Source: Histomonas meleagridis 2922-C6/04-290x (Eukaryota > Protista > Parabasalia). From it: a stretch of DNA of 64,000 nucleotides. Below are positions 47,601-55,222 of this stretch, one piece after another. The stretch is from positions 62,001 to 126,000 of the forward strand of contig JAANOX010000149.1 of assembly GCA_020184695.1 (NCBI GenBank), in the 5' to 3' direction. Numbering within the stretch: position 1 is the first letter of the stretch; each line of letters opens with the position of its first letter. The translations under genes were made by a program, and so were the position numbers. Below the pieces are notes generated by a model. The model was given only the letters and a program-made list of their open reading frames with translations. It had not been told where the DNA came from and ran no database searches.

Positions 47601-48230
47601 ATTTATAAGAAAAACAAAAAGTTAATCACATTCATATGTCAATTTAAATCGGAAATTTTAACTAATTCAACTGTGTTAAGGATTCATTCAGGTGGGAAAC
47701 CAATCATAAATGAAAATTATTCATTTCTATTCGCACATTCATTAAATTCATCATTAAATGGTAATTATATTGTTATCGATTATGATTTCGGTGTTTCTTC
47801 TGTGTATCGAGTGTTATATAGGAAAAAGAAACCTTTCGATATAACATTCATTAATTGTTTCATCACAAACTTACAGCCAATAAGTGCTATAAATGAAATC
47901 GATTATTTATGTGCAACGTCAATAAATAAAAAAGTTGTGGTTTGGGATTTCGTAAGAAATATGACAATTAATGTGATGGAGTTCAACGAAATAATTAATG
48001 GTTGCGAATTCGATGAAGAAAATGGGTACTTATGGTGTTGGAATGAATGCAATTTGTACTTGTGCTCGGTAAATGGTACCGTTTTCATGATGAAGACATC
48101 GCCAATAGAAATAGAAATGGCTTACGGTGCAAGAGATAAGGAAATTTGCATAGTAGGAAAGGACCAGAAAGAATTCGTGGCGTTTTATGGCCAGTCTTCG
48201 AATACTTTAGTGTTCAAGCAAAGTAATTAA
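41646..48230 (+). CDS. Very large divergent BEACH-family-like protein (ARM-like, ConA-like, PH-BEACH-like and WD40-like regions)
   Basis: EWLNGNISSYTFLLKINFLDGR..N.I..IFP resembles the BEACH start (W..G.ISNFEYL..LN..AGR); IYFWFK and KWHLIFIS are ConA-like; C-terminal VVVWDF. First plausible ATG at 41646. Confidence 0.55.
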   Translation: MNEYGDDSFFNPIFTKIIEENKIPSLDNSTLFQFIQIFAKKIEDDPNNQDYKTASWALSETLFEQYEHYLGDLLLLKEIYYSLKIFSSLHECLPITPSFYKFFKSLLSNTLNSDLKPKADELFSQLINLPKFLINFVLGDGIFDFITTVFTDTKFQEYITMFNNSFDTLQFKNEKDVQNASNIVTQLHDFIKQNQLSKQSIFNVLNFLTIYIQKFSFYYPILSDLVKINGIFTIFQSIFTDTSDFQIIFHRLMKSHDYKDPCIPNQPVSQFLSLQLNNSYSPKSVYNYIFDIIINLINDDMINIKKMNRYFRFSELISFPHIQTEDFKQKFIKLFEGLVNCNFESSTSIFIKLINYLKLDLGSINPILQKMLSDNILSTDEDSLNTLINYYLVDNTSEELGTILTNFNSFRDLLVLLYDKTPYHKSILISKIMSSSNYILPINLFVELLIKMLSINPEEAQFIMFFKKLPESYSSELFASFLSLVLEEQNLITLIINIDGLFLIEKLFENPKFTDQDLINFINVLASNGFNKKLNEMLLKLDINHRLFHLDQQYYLQIFNDKEKKEPYGLPVLIPFLNLEINTRSQFDFLNIGKYAIPLYQKLNKTPLDLTKIANRYLSLESALTMVKNPLYVSKYIDINSDYFPVFEFFPNKTSSFIEINLSYHAIYFWFKCSSNFENVLHIFQAGKITIDLENNNLLIKWKKHQKTLNNFNVEKWHLIFISMNIINYKGEQFNILIDDQKLLFTNENKITKTTIFGNKTEHINSPWFLSLNIQYFPNQIKSLNKIINIINKNGPGDINKNKNSILLGPHLKEFVLGRNVTLVPYQGFLYYLGIPSFLSKFFKLFLKTNDSEILTNLITISLHYLEIKKFKVQNFWNYFVYVIKYQCSKLNPQHFKIIFTFILQKLPKKEIINKMFLFVHDIEFWIKLLPECVRMILDLISKNITTIDLANKFFIRKTCIFLIVLISTVYPKSYPTEKFFDFIVGLLLRFEMTKKINFILMFIFSIRNQSDHTNPIHYFTSAQKTSLLKSFEKHNELLKPEYFSQEVINNIFTFGTSAEICILLKILFNLKLNCPTFEYEIPLQIDQVINETSIWIGIFSLLTMSDNFDSNDTLLNLFLNSIISYENAIVPALSLVLCGAITISYSYSTNQQNKILSFLESFVLDGFCIFSELFKVSSFLTISPINAINASIIYCPLILALNEIDFSNENDIINYQEKEKIYSYNRLCKLFCKDLNINYKLYMKSTKNNENIEVKPLNEIKKQIQCCFLKCNLQLNQSFTNVNVEDKINLLFKLNYHQFVLSFIMNNINQSPNVLYNMINSLIFFYPFSNEEIIFQLNIRILPDLLESLIINLKNIKPDSIICIIGSMITILKISKIPKTLIVPLFNFSEQVLAQYNMKSISRSIRVLFGNLLQSIDINSLSILGRSIHILSDIKLNKKKGFTLYLFILLYPHLISLSPNASYLFGILYNNYISQKSFVNFAIKEIKDEKAQEIFDLISQYMKNGQEQFYLSTMEIDDDFVNTLNTLIIPLYNNFSIKLPNYFTFNPMNINDFNSYIQTSISHIKNTIFKKIYYYENEQDINQLLCFFIDFIITESIRKCEKLSSNIFSNELSNILSNYKKYSSNQEISLSPITFPLIPPRILAPNIISNIKLNDDITKFISLLPYKKIKIKNNISLPNVKYVNPSFYNSIISNSGMIMLFSFLKLYQKQKVLKKIINIKFSRYSQEFDSVLFIFNSKIYILILAMIEENNEQLILNDITKDNKNEFNNFLKSLYLKEYGKYSFFCGHPLLKYKIQNIIYSTTHNNIFHIIPKYSAEFSLLNITNNISIYFKNKKPVFYSPKTSFLFDDLNLQNVLQEWLNGNISSYTFLLKINFLDGRYSSNLINDEQGIIFPTLYTETMLNFKPIYPFNICNEEFLLSFTFAHFSIPEVFKGIESHQAIVENRDEIERINNNLNRWISTSFKNLFLGKKIPLNQNYKKEKSKIYKKNKKLITFICQFKSEILTNSTVLRIHSGGKPIINENYSFLFAHSLNSSLNGNYIVIDYDFGVSSVYRVLYRKKKPFDITFINCFITNLQPISAINEIDYLCATSINKKVVVWDFVRNMTINVMEFNEIINGCEFDEENGYLWCWNECNLYLCSVNGTVFMMKTSPIEIEMAYGARDKEICIVGKDQKEFVAFYGQSSNTLVFKQSN

Positions 48231-48594
48231 GTTTTATATAATAAATGAAATATATTTCGTGTTATTATATTATCATAAGCAAAAATTTATTGAAGTTAAT
48301 TTTTTATATATTTTCAAATATTATTATGAAGCACTAAATCATTTGCAAATTATCATTTGGGAAAAAATCATTTAAAAGAAACATAAAAATATCAAAAATG
48401 TTTATATTATTTTTGTTGAAATGTTTTTCTTTTAAATTGAAGATTATGTCTTCAAGTGTTATTTCTGTCTTTTAAATTTCTCTTTTGTGAACTTGCACCC
48501 AGTGATGTAAATAAGGGTGCCCTAAAAATCCAAACCGCTGCCCTCAAAAAGCGGTTTTGTAAATTGATCAATCGGTTAACCGAAATTTATTCAG

Positions 48595-49299
48595 ATGATA
48601 TTTGTTGCTTTTGTTAGCATTATAAAAGCATTTAGCCATCCTTATTCAGTTGAAATCAATAAAGAAAATGTATTTGATATAATTGGAAAAGAGAAACATG
48701 TTTTTGTCCATTTTTTCTCTGAAGGATGTAAATTTTGTTTGAAGGCTCAACCAGAATGGAACGAACTTGTTAGAATATATTATCCAATCAAAGATATTGT
48801 TTTTGCTACAATAAATTGTGATCGCTGGAGAAGTCTTTGTTCAGCATTTGATGGAACATCAACTCCAAATTTTCAATATTTCGCTCCTCATCAAAGATCA
48901 GGGTCTGCTTTTGGTGGCGAAGCCGAAGTTGTTTCATTTGCTCGTTGGGTTAAACAAATGACATCAATTTTACCTTATACCAAGCCACATACACTTATGT
49001 TTACAAACCCGAAGGAAATAAATGATCTCAAAGAAGAAGGATACGTGTTTACAGTTCTAGACGATCCAAAAACACAATTTTATAATCATAGCGTGTTTAG
49101 AAAAGTTGAAAATCAATTTGATATTCCATTTAGATCTCTCAGCCCAAAGGAATATCCTGAAGAATCTAAAGCTTTTTGTGATTCTCCTCATTGTGTTGTT
49201 CTTCTCTACAAAAATGAGAAATACACATATAATGGAGAAATTGAAATCCAAAATGTTATGGACTTTATTGACTCCCATATCCCAGAGGATTCTCTTTGA
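48595..49299 (+). CDS. Secreted thioredoxin/PDI-like protein
   Basis: Hydrophobic N-terminus; FVHFFSEGCKFC (CxxC), FATINCD, TPNFQYF. Confidence 0.8.
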   Translation: MIFVAFVSIIKAFSHPYSVEINKENVFDIIGKEKHVFVHFFSEGCKFCLKAQPEWNELVRIYYPIKDIVFATINCDRWRSLCSAFDGTSTPNFQYFAPHQRSGSAFGGEAEVVSFARWVKQMTSILPYTKPHTLMFTNPKEINDLKEEGYVFTVLDDPKTQFYNHSVFRKVENQFDIPFRSLSPKEYPEESKAFCDSPHCVVLLYKNEKYTYNGEIEIQNVMDFIDSHIPEDSL

Positions 49300-49528
49300 G
49301 TGTATAAAAATTTTTTTCTCATGAATTCATGATTAAATCATTTTCTTTTTATTTAAATTAGAATACGAAAAATCATTTTTTCGTTTCGTTGATTATCTTA
49401 TTTTGACCAAAATGCTTGTGTGATTTAAGTTGTTGCAAAAAGAAATTGTTTTCTTGCAACAGTTTGGTTCAACCGTTAAGCCCTCTTTCAAAAAGTCATT
49501 GAATAGAAACAAGACAAAAATTGTCAAT

Positions 49529-51034
49529 ATGAACAGAATAATCAACAACTCACTCACAGAAAGTAAAAACACTATTGATTCACTCCCAATTATCATCAAT
49601 TCATTATCTCCAAGTTCTCCATTAAAGAAAATAAGACATGCATTAAAAAATCTATGTTATTATCCAATTTCTTCTCAAGCTATTGGACCATTAGTTGAAT
49701 TATTCCGTCGCGAGCTTAAGGATCACACAAAAATATTTAATCTTTTGTGTTTCCATCTCATTAATCATGCTTCAATAGGTTCTCCTGCTATTGCAAATCT
49801 TGTTGCTTTACTACCCAAGGAGTTTGAGCAACAAAAGAAGCCATCCAAACACATACCAGAACTATATCGTGTCTTCTTTTATTTATGTTTTTATTCACCA
49901 CAATGCCATCAACTTCTCATTGAAACCGTATCCAAAATTCTTTCCATGGCCAACACAGTTTATTCCTCCATCCAAAAGAAAGGCAAAAAGAGCAAAAAGT
50001 CGTCACCTTATATTCCCTTATTCCATCAAGTAATTAACACTCTTCTTGATCTTCCATCGTTTGAAACCACCTCTGTTAAGTTATTTTCTTGTGAAGAAGT
50101 CTTAACAGGTTTTGTCAGCATTTATCGTAATTCAACAATAACCGACCAAATTGCATGTCTTAATTTTCTAAGTCATATTCCGACCCTTCCTACAACTCTC
50201 TTAGACTTATTTAATGACAACGAGCAATCCTTCAAGAGTTCTTTTATGGTTGATTTCGCGGTCAACAACAAGGAACACTTTGAGTCAGTCATTGACGAAA
50301 TCCTTAAGACAGAACCATCGAATCAGCTCCGTCTTCTTCAGCTGCGTCTGTCTAAACAAGGCTGCACGTCATTACATTTGCAGGAATCATTACTCCGAAC
50401 ATTCCAGCCAACAGCTTCATATCTTTTACCGTTATTATCATTTTTAGAGAACTCGAACTCGCGAATTGAACCTACGAAAGATTTTTTGGAGTCGTTATAC
50501 ATAGTTTGTGGATTACCTAATGAACAAATCTCGCTTTTAGGCTTCATGTGCATTTGTTTCTTCTCCGAAGAACTCGATTGGATTGAGCAAACATTTGTCG
50601 AGATCATTAACAGGCAAATCTTGCCGCAGAAGATTTCGATGATTTCGTTTTGTATTAAGAGTTGGACAAACTCATTAAGTTATTACGAACAAAACCTTCC
50701 GTTCATCAAAAGATTGTTTTCGATTGTGATGGAAAAATTCGGCGAATGTATTAGTCGAAAAGTGTTTACGGAATTCGTCAACAAATTCGTCGAAATTAAT
50801 AAAGCCGACGAACTATTGAAGATATTCCATAACACGTTGCTCAAGTTGAACGACTCGGAAACAGTGATTTATACATTTTACGGTGCGTCGCTCATTTGGA
50901 ACTTCTGCGAAAACATAAAATTTGAGGAATTTTTGAAGGACGCAAATGGTTACATAGAAAACGCTGACCAGGCTATAAAACTGGTGTTCGATATAACACT
51001 CAAAAATACTCAAATGATGCTGCCGATTAATTGA
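49529..51034 (+). CDS. Hypothetical helical-repeat protein
   Basis: Long ORF, Leu-rich and helical; first ATG at 49529. Confidence 0.65.
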   Translation: MNRIINNSLTESKNTIDSLPIIINSLSPSSPLKKIRHALKNLCYYPISSQAIGPLVELFRRELKDHTKIFNLLCFHLINHASIGSPAIANLVALLPKEFEQQKKPSKHIPELYRVFFYLCFYSPQCHQLLIETVSKILSMANTVYSSIQKKGKKSKKSSPYIPLFHQVINTLLDLPSFETTSVKLFSCEEVLTGFVSIYRNSTITDQIACLNFLSHIPTLPTTLLDLFNDNEQSFKSSFMVDFAVNNKEHFESVIDEILKTEPSNQLRLLQLRLSKQGCTSLHLQESLLRTFQPTASYLLPLLSFLENSNSRIEPTKDFLESLYIVCGLPNEQISLLGFMCICFFSEELDWIEQTFVEIINRQILPQKISMISFCIKSWTNSLSYYEQNLPFIKRLFSIVMEKFGECISRKVFTEFVNKFVEINKADELLKIFHNTLLKLNDSETVIYTFYGASLIWNFCENIKFEEFLKDANGYIENADQAIKLVFDITLKNTQMMLPIN

Positions 51035-51534
51035 TGTGTTATGACAATTTTCGCAATGTTTAAGCAAATGATGAAATGAATAAATAAATAAAAAAAAATA
51101 CTTTTTAAAGAAATTGAATTTCAGAACGTTATTCGCCTTTCTTTAGTTAAATATGGATCATAATGACAGAATGATTTTGGATTATGTCCTTCTGTAATTG
51201 ATTCCGTGTGAAGTTCCGAATCATTCTTTCATACTCCTCGATAATTTCGAAAAAAAGTATTCCATAAATAGATCTTTGTTGTCTTTTTTATAATGCATAA
51301 AATAAGTTATTTGATTTGAATAATTTTCGTTCTACGCGCTCTGCAACATACTGAAATAGCCTTGAAACTATGAAGAAAAGTACATGGAAAAAACGCATTA
51401 TTCTCAGTTAGAAAAATATTTTATCAAAATATCAAAATTTTTTTGCAATTGCACGCCTCCAAAAAATGAAGTTTATCTTAAATTCTTGTTAGAACACACG
51501 CTTCAGAGAATTAGACAATTAATTCAACGTTGAA

Positions 51535-51619
51535 TTAGAACAATGTCTACAGAAAATGAAGAAATTTCATCAACTAACAAACAATAAAGTTTTGCCTCAT
51601 CAATTCCATTATCTGATTT
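51535..51619 (+). pseudogene. Internally deleted fragment of the start of the 58365 gene
   Basis: 41 bp identical to 58357-58397, then CAATTCCATTATCTGATTT identical to 58597-58615, fused to the end of an ankyrin cassette array. Confidence 0.85.
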
Positions 51620-53040
51620 ATAATAGCAAACATAAGTGCTGTTTTAAATATTTTTAATAATTTCCAAACTTTATTTTGATATTTCAAAAAATTAAAATAA
51701 GTTTTAAAACAAATAAATAAATATTTTTTGCATTAATATCAATTCCTTTTTGTTCAAGAAGTAATTTAACTGTTTCTATGTGACCTCTTTCAGATTCCCG
51801 CATAAGTACTGTATATAATATATTGAATAGTTTCCAAATATTATTTTAAAATATCAAATTATTAAAACAAAAATTAAATAAAACATATAACTATCTTTGA
51901 TATTAATATTAATTTCTTTTTGCATAAAAAGTATTTTAACTATTTCTGTATGACCATTTTGAGATGCATACATAAGTGCTGTATAAAATAATTTTCATAA
52001 TTTTCGAATATTATTTTATAATATTAAAATATTAAAATAAATATTATATAAAACAAATAAATATCTTTAGCATTAATATCAATTCCTTTTTGTTCGAGAA
52101 GTAATTTAACGATTTCTGCATGGCCATTTTCAGACGCATACGTAAGTGCTGTCTTAAAATATTTAAATAATTTCCAAATATTATTTTGAAATAGAAAATT
52201 ATTAAAAAAATTTTTAAATAAAACAAATAAATATTTTTAGCATTAATATAAAATGCACCTGTTTTAAATAATTTAAATAACTTCCGAATATTAGATTAAA
52301 GTATTAAATTATTATAATAAAACCGATATAAAACAAATAAATACCTTTGATATTAACATCAATTCCTATTTGCTTCAGGAGTAATTCAGCAATTTCTGTT
52401 TTACCAAATTCAGACGTATTTATAAGTGCTGTTTCAAATAATTTAAAAAATTTCCAAATATTATATTAAAATCCTGAATTATTAAATCAAATATTGTGCA
52501 AAACAAATAAATACTTTTAGTATTTATATCAATTCCTTCTTGTTCAAGCAATAATTGAACTATTTTTATATTCCTAGCATCAACTGCCCTTAGAAGTGCT
52601 GTAGTGAATATTTTAAATAATTTCCAAATATTATTTAGAATCATAAAATTACTTATATGAACCTTAATTAACATAATTAAATGAATTTTTCATTAATATT
52701 AATTACTTCTTTTTCAAGTCGCATTTTAACTATCTCTGTATTACCTTTTAATGATGTATACATAAGCGCTGTATTAAATATTTCAAATTATCTCCAAATG
52801 ATATTTTAAAATATGATATTATATAAATAAATATTATTCATAATAAATGAATATCTTTAATTTTAATAAGTAATTTAAAGATTTCTGTATAGCCTTTTTC
52901 AGATTCATAAATAAGCGCAAATATAAAACACATAATTATTTAAGTATAACTTTCAATTCCTTCTTGTTTAATAAGTAATTGAACAATATTACTTTGTTCG
53001 TTTTGAAATGCACAAGCATAAGAGCGATATAATTCAATAA
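51620..53040 (-). repeat. Orphan array of ~10 ankyrin cassettes with 170-bp period
   Basis: Thr codons at 52772, 52602, 52432, 52262, 52152, 51982, 51812 and 51642; all 8 preceding spacers are 83 nt. Two degenerate cassettes at 52860-53030. Confidence 0.9.
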
Positions 53041-53064
53041 AAACATATTTAAAATGTTATTTTT

Positions 53065-54558
53065 TTAATCAATATTTTGACTCTTCATATAATTCACAAT
53101 TTCTTCATGATGAAATTGTTCTGCCAATTGAAACGGAGTTTGATTATTATTATTTTTTACATTTTTATCCACGTTTGCTTTTTCGATCAAATATTTCACA
53201 ATTTCGAAATTTCCTTTTTTACAAGCCCAATGCAAAGGCGTAAAACCATTTTTATCTTTTACATTTTTCTCAACGTTTTCTTTTTCGATCAAATAAATTA
53301 CAATTTCGAGATGATTTTTTTTAGCTGCCAAATGCAACGAAGTTTCATTTTTCCAATTTTTTGTTTCTTTATTTACATTTTCTTTTTCGATTAAATACTT
53401 CACTAAAGAAAGATAACCAAAATCGGAAGCCCAAGGTAACAAATCTCTTTTATATTCTTTCATTGTATTATGTTCTTCAATTAAGTATTTAATGATTTCG
53501 ATATTATCATTATAACATGCAAAATCAATTGGAGGAAGTCCCATTTTATCTCTTGGCTCTAAAAAGACATTTCTTTCTTCAAGAAGATATTTAACTATAT
53601 CAAGACGGCCAATGTGACAAGCAGAATGTAAAGGCGTAATTTCTTCTTCTTCTTGGTCGAGAAAAGCGCCATTAATTAAATAAAAGAGAAAGGACTCAAA
53701 ATGGAAATATTTAAGACATTGCGCAATTGGAACTGGTTCACAGTGATATTTCCGAATTAACAAATCACTAATGGAATATCGATGATATTGAATACTAGTT
53801 TCAAGACAATCTTCAAAGTTATGCCCTTCTTGAAGAAGAATTTCAAGAATTTCTTGGCTTCCTCCAGCAATTGCATAATGGCATGTTTGAGAAGTTGGTT
53901 TACATCCTTTTTTGAGTAAATATTGAAAACATTGAGAGGAACCAAAGAAACAACAAATGTCAAGTGGGAAAATAAAGCGCTTATGAAATAGCTCCCATGA
54001 TGCAGATGCTTTTGTGAGTGGTTGAATAGGTTTCTGAATATCAAATGTTGGGGTGACGGCGAGATACTGAATAAATCCTTCAACATCATCGTCTTTGAGG
54101 AGCGAAAATAATGTCCCTGTTGGATATAGTGTAACTGATTGAATTCCTTTGGGGGTTGGTTGAGGATCGAATTTAATAATTGATTCTGGAAATGTGGAGA
54201 GAACAATGTTGTAAAGAGTTCCTTTGAAAATTCGTTTCGTATGATAATAGATTTCTTGGACACGTTCTGGATTCGTTGAAAGAATACAAGAAAATAATTT
54301 TGGAACAATATCAAGACGTTTTGGTCGAATGCTGACAAAATAACCAAGCAAGTTGATAGAATAACGCATATAAAAAGGTGAAGACTTATGTTGTTCTAAT
54401 TGTGAAATAAATTTTTCTTCAATCTCTTTAAAAGAATATTTGTCAATTGGACCAAATAATGCTTTTAAAAGATCAATGTCTTTTTCTAATGTTTTGTAGA
54501 GTTTGCAATCACTGCATTTATTAACTTCTGAGAAAAAATGAAGTTTTTGATTTTCCAT
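53065..54558 (-). CDS. DUF3447/ankyrin protein with ~6 uninterrupted ankyrin repeats
   Basis: CCFFGSSQCFQYLL, YAIAGGS, SIQYHR core, then TPLHSAC..., TSLHLAAKKNHLEIV and TPLHWACKKGNFEIV with normal DKNG.T loops. Confidence 0.9.
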   Translation of the reverse strand: MENQKLHFFSEVNKCSDCKLYKTLEKDIDLLKALFGPIDKYSFKEIEEKFISQLEQHKSSPFYMRYSINLLGYFVSIRPKRLDIVPKLFSCILSTNPERVQEIYYHTKRIFKGTLYNIVLSTFPESIIKFDPQPTPKGIQSVTLYPTGTLFSLLKDDDVEGFIQYLAVTPTFDIQKPIQPLTKASASWELFHKRFIFPLDICCFFGSSQCFQYLLKKGCKPTSQTCHYAIAGGSQEILEILLQEGHNFEDCLETSIQYHRYSISDLLIRKYHCEPVPIAQCLKYFHFESFLFYLINGAFLDQEEEEITPLHSACHIGRLDIVKYLLEERNVFLEPRDKMGLPPIDFACYNDNIEIIKYLIEEHNTMKEYKRDLLPWASDFGYLSLVKYLIEKENVNKETKNWKNETSLHLAAKKNHLEIVIYLIEKENVEKNVKDKNGFTPLHWACKKGNFEIVKYLIEKANVDKNVKNNNNQTPFQLAEQFHHEEIVNYMKSQNID

Positions 54559-55222
54559 TAAATACGTTTATTTTTCATATGTTAAATACCTTCAGACAGA
54601 TCTCGTGAAAAAAATGACAAGTCATGTTCCGATTTTATCATCACAGGAGTAGACGCCTTCCATGTTTGAAGATCTTCCTTTACACGCACTTTTTGATAAT
54701 CAGGAGGAAGATAAAATTTGGAATGTTGAATGAACAGAATTATCAAGGTTTTTTGATGTTTCTTATTCTTGTTTTAAATCTTTTTTTTTAATTCATATAG
54801 AAGAAAAAATGTTTAATTTTTTTTCACTTTGTTTAAATTACGGTATTGTTGTTTTAGCTTTTTAATTCTCTTTTGAGAATTTTTATTTTGCTGTTCATTA
54901 TTGTTTAAATCTCTTTTATTCTGCATGGACCAGATTTTGGGGTTTCCCATTAAAATACTAGTATTCTCTAGGGTACCTTCAAAATGTCACTTTTCTTTTA
55001 GAGCAGAAGTTTTCTTGTGGGTTCAAGGACAAGCTATAAAAGAAATTGAATTTATGAAAAAAATTTTTCATACATAACGCTATATGAAAATTTCATTTTT
55101 TATCATTCATCAAATTTGTGACTTGTTGAAATCATATATCACTATTAACTATGATAAACTTTATTACCAAAATTGCAATCAATATAATGCAATATAAATA
55201 AGCACAGGAACAAATATTATTT

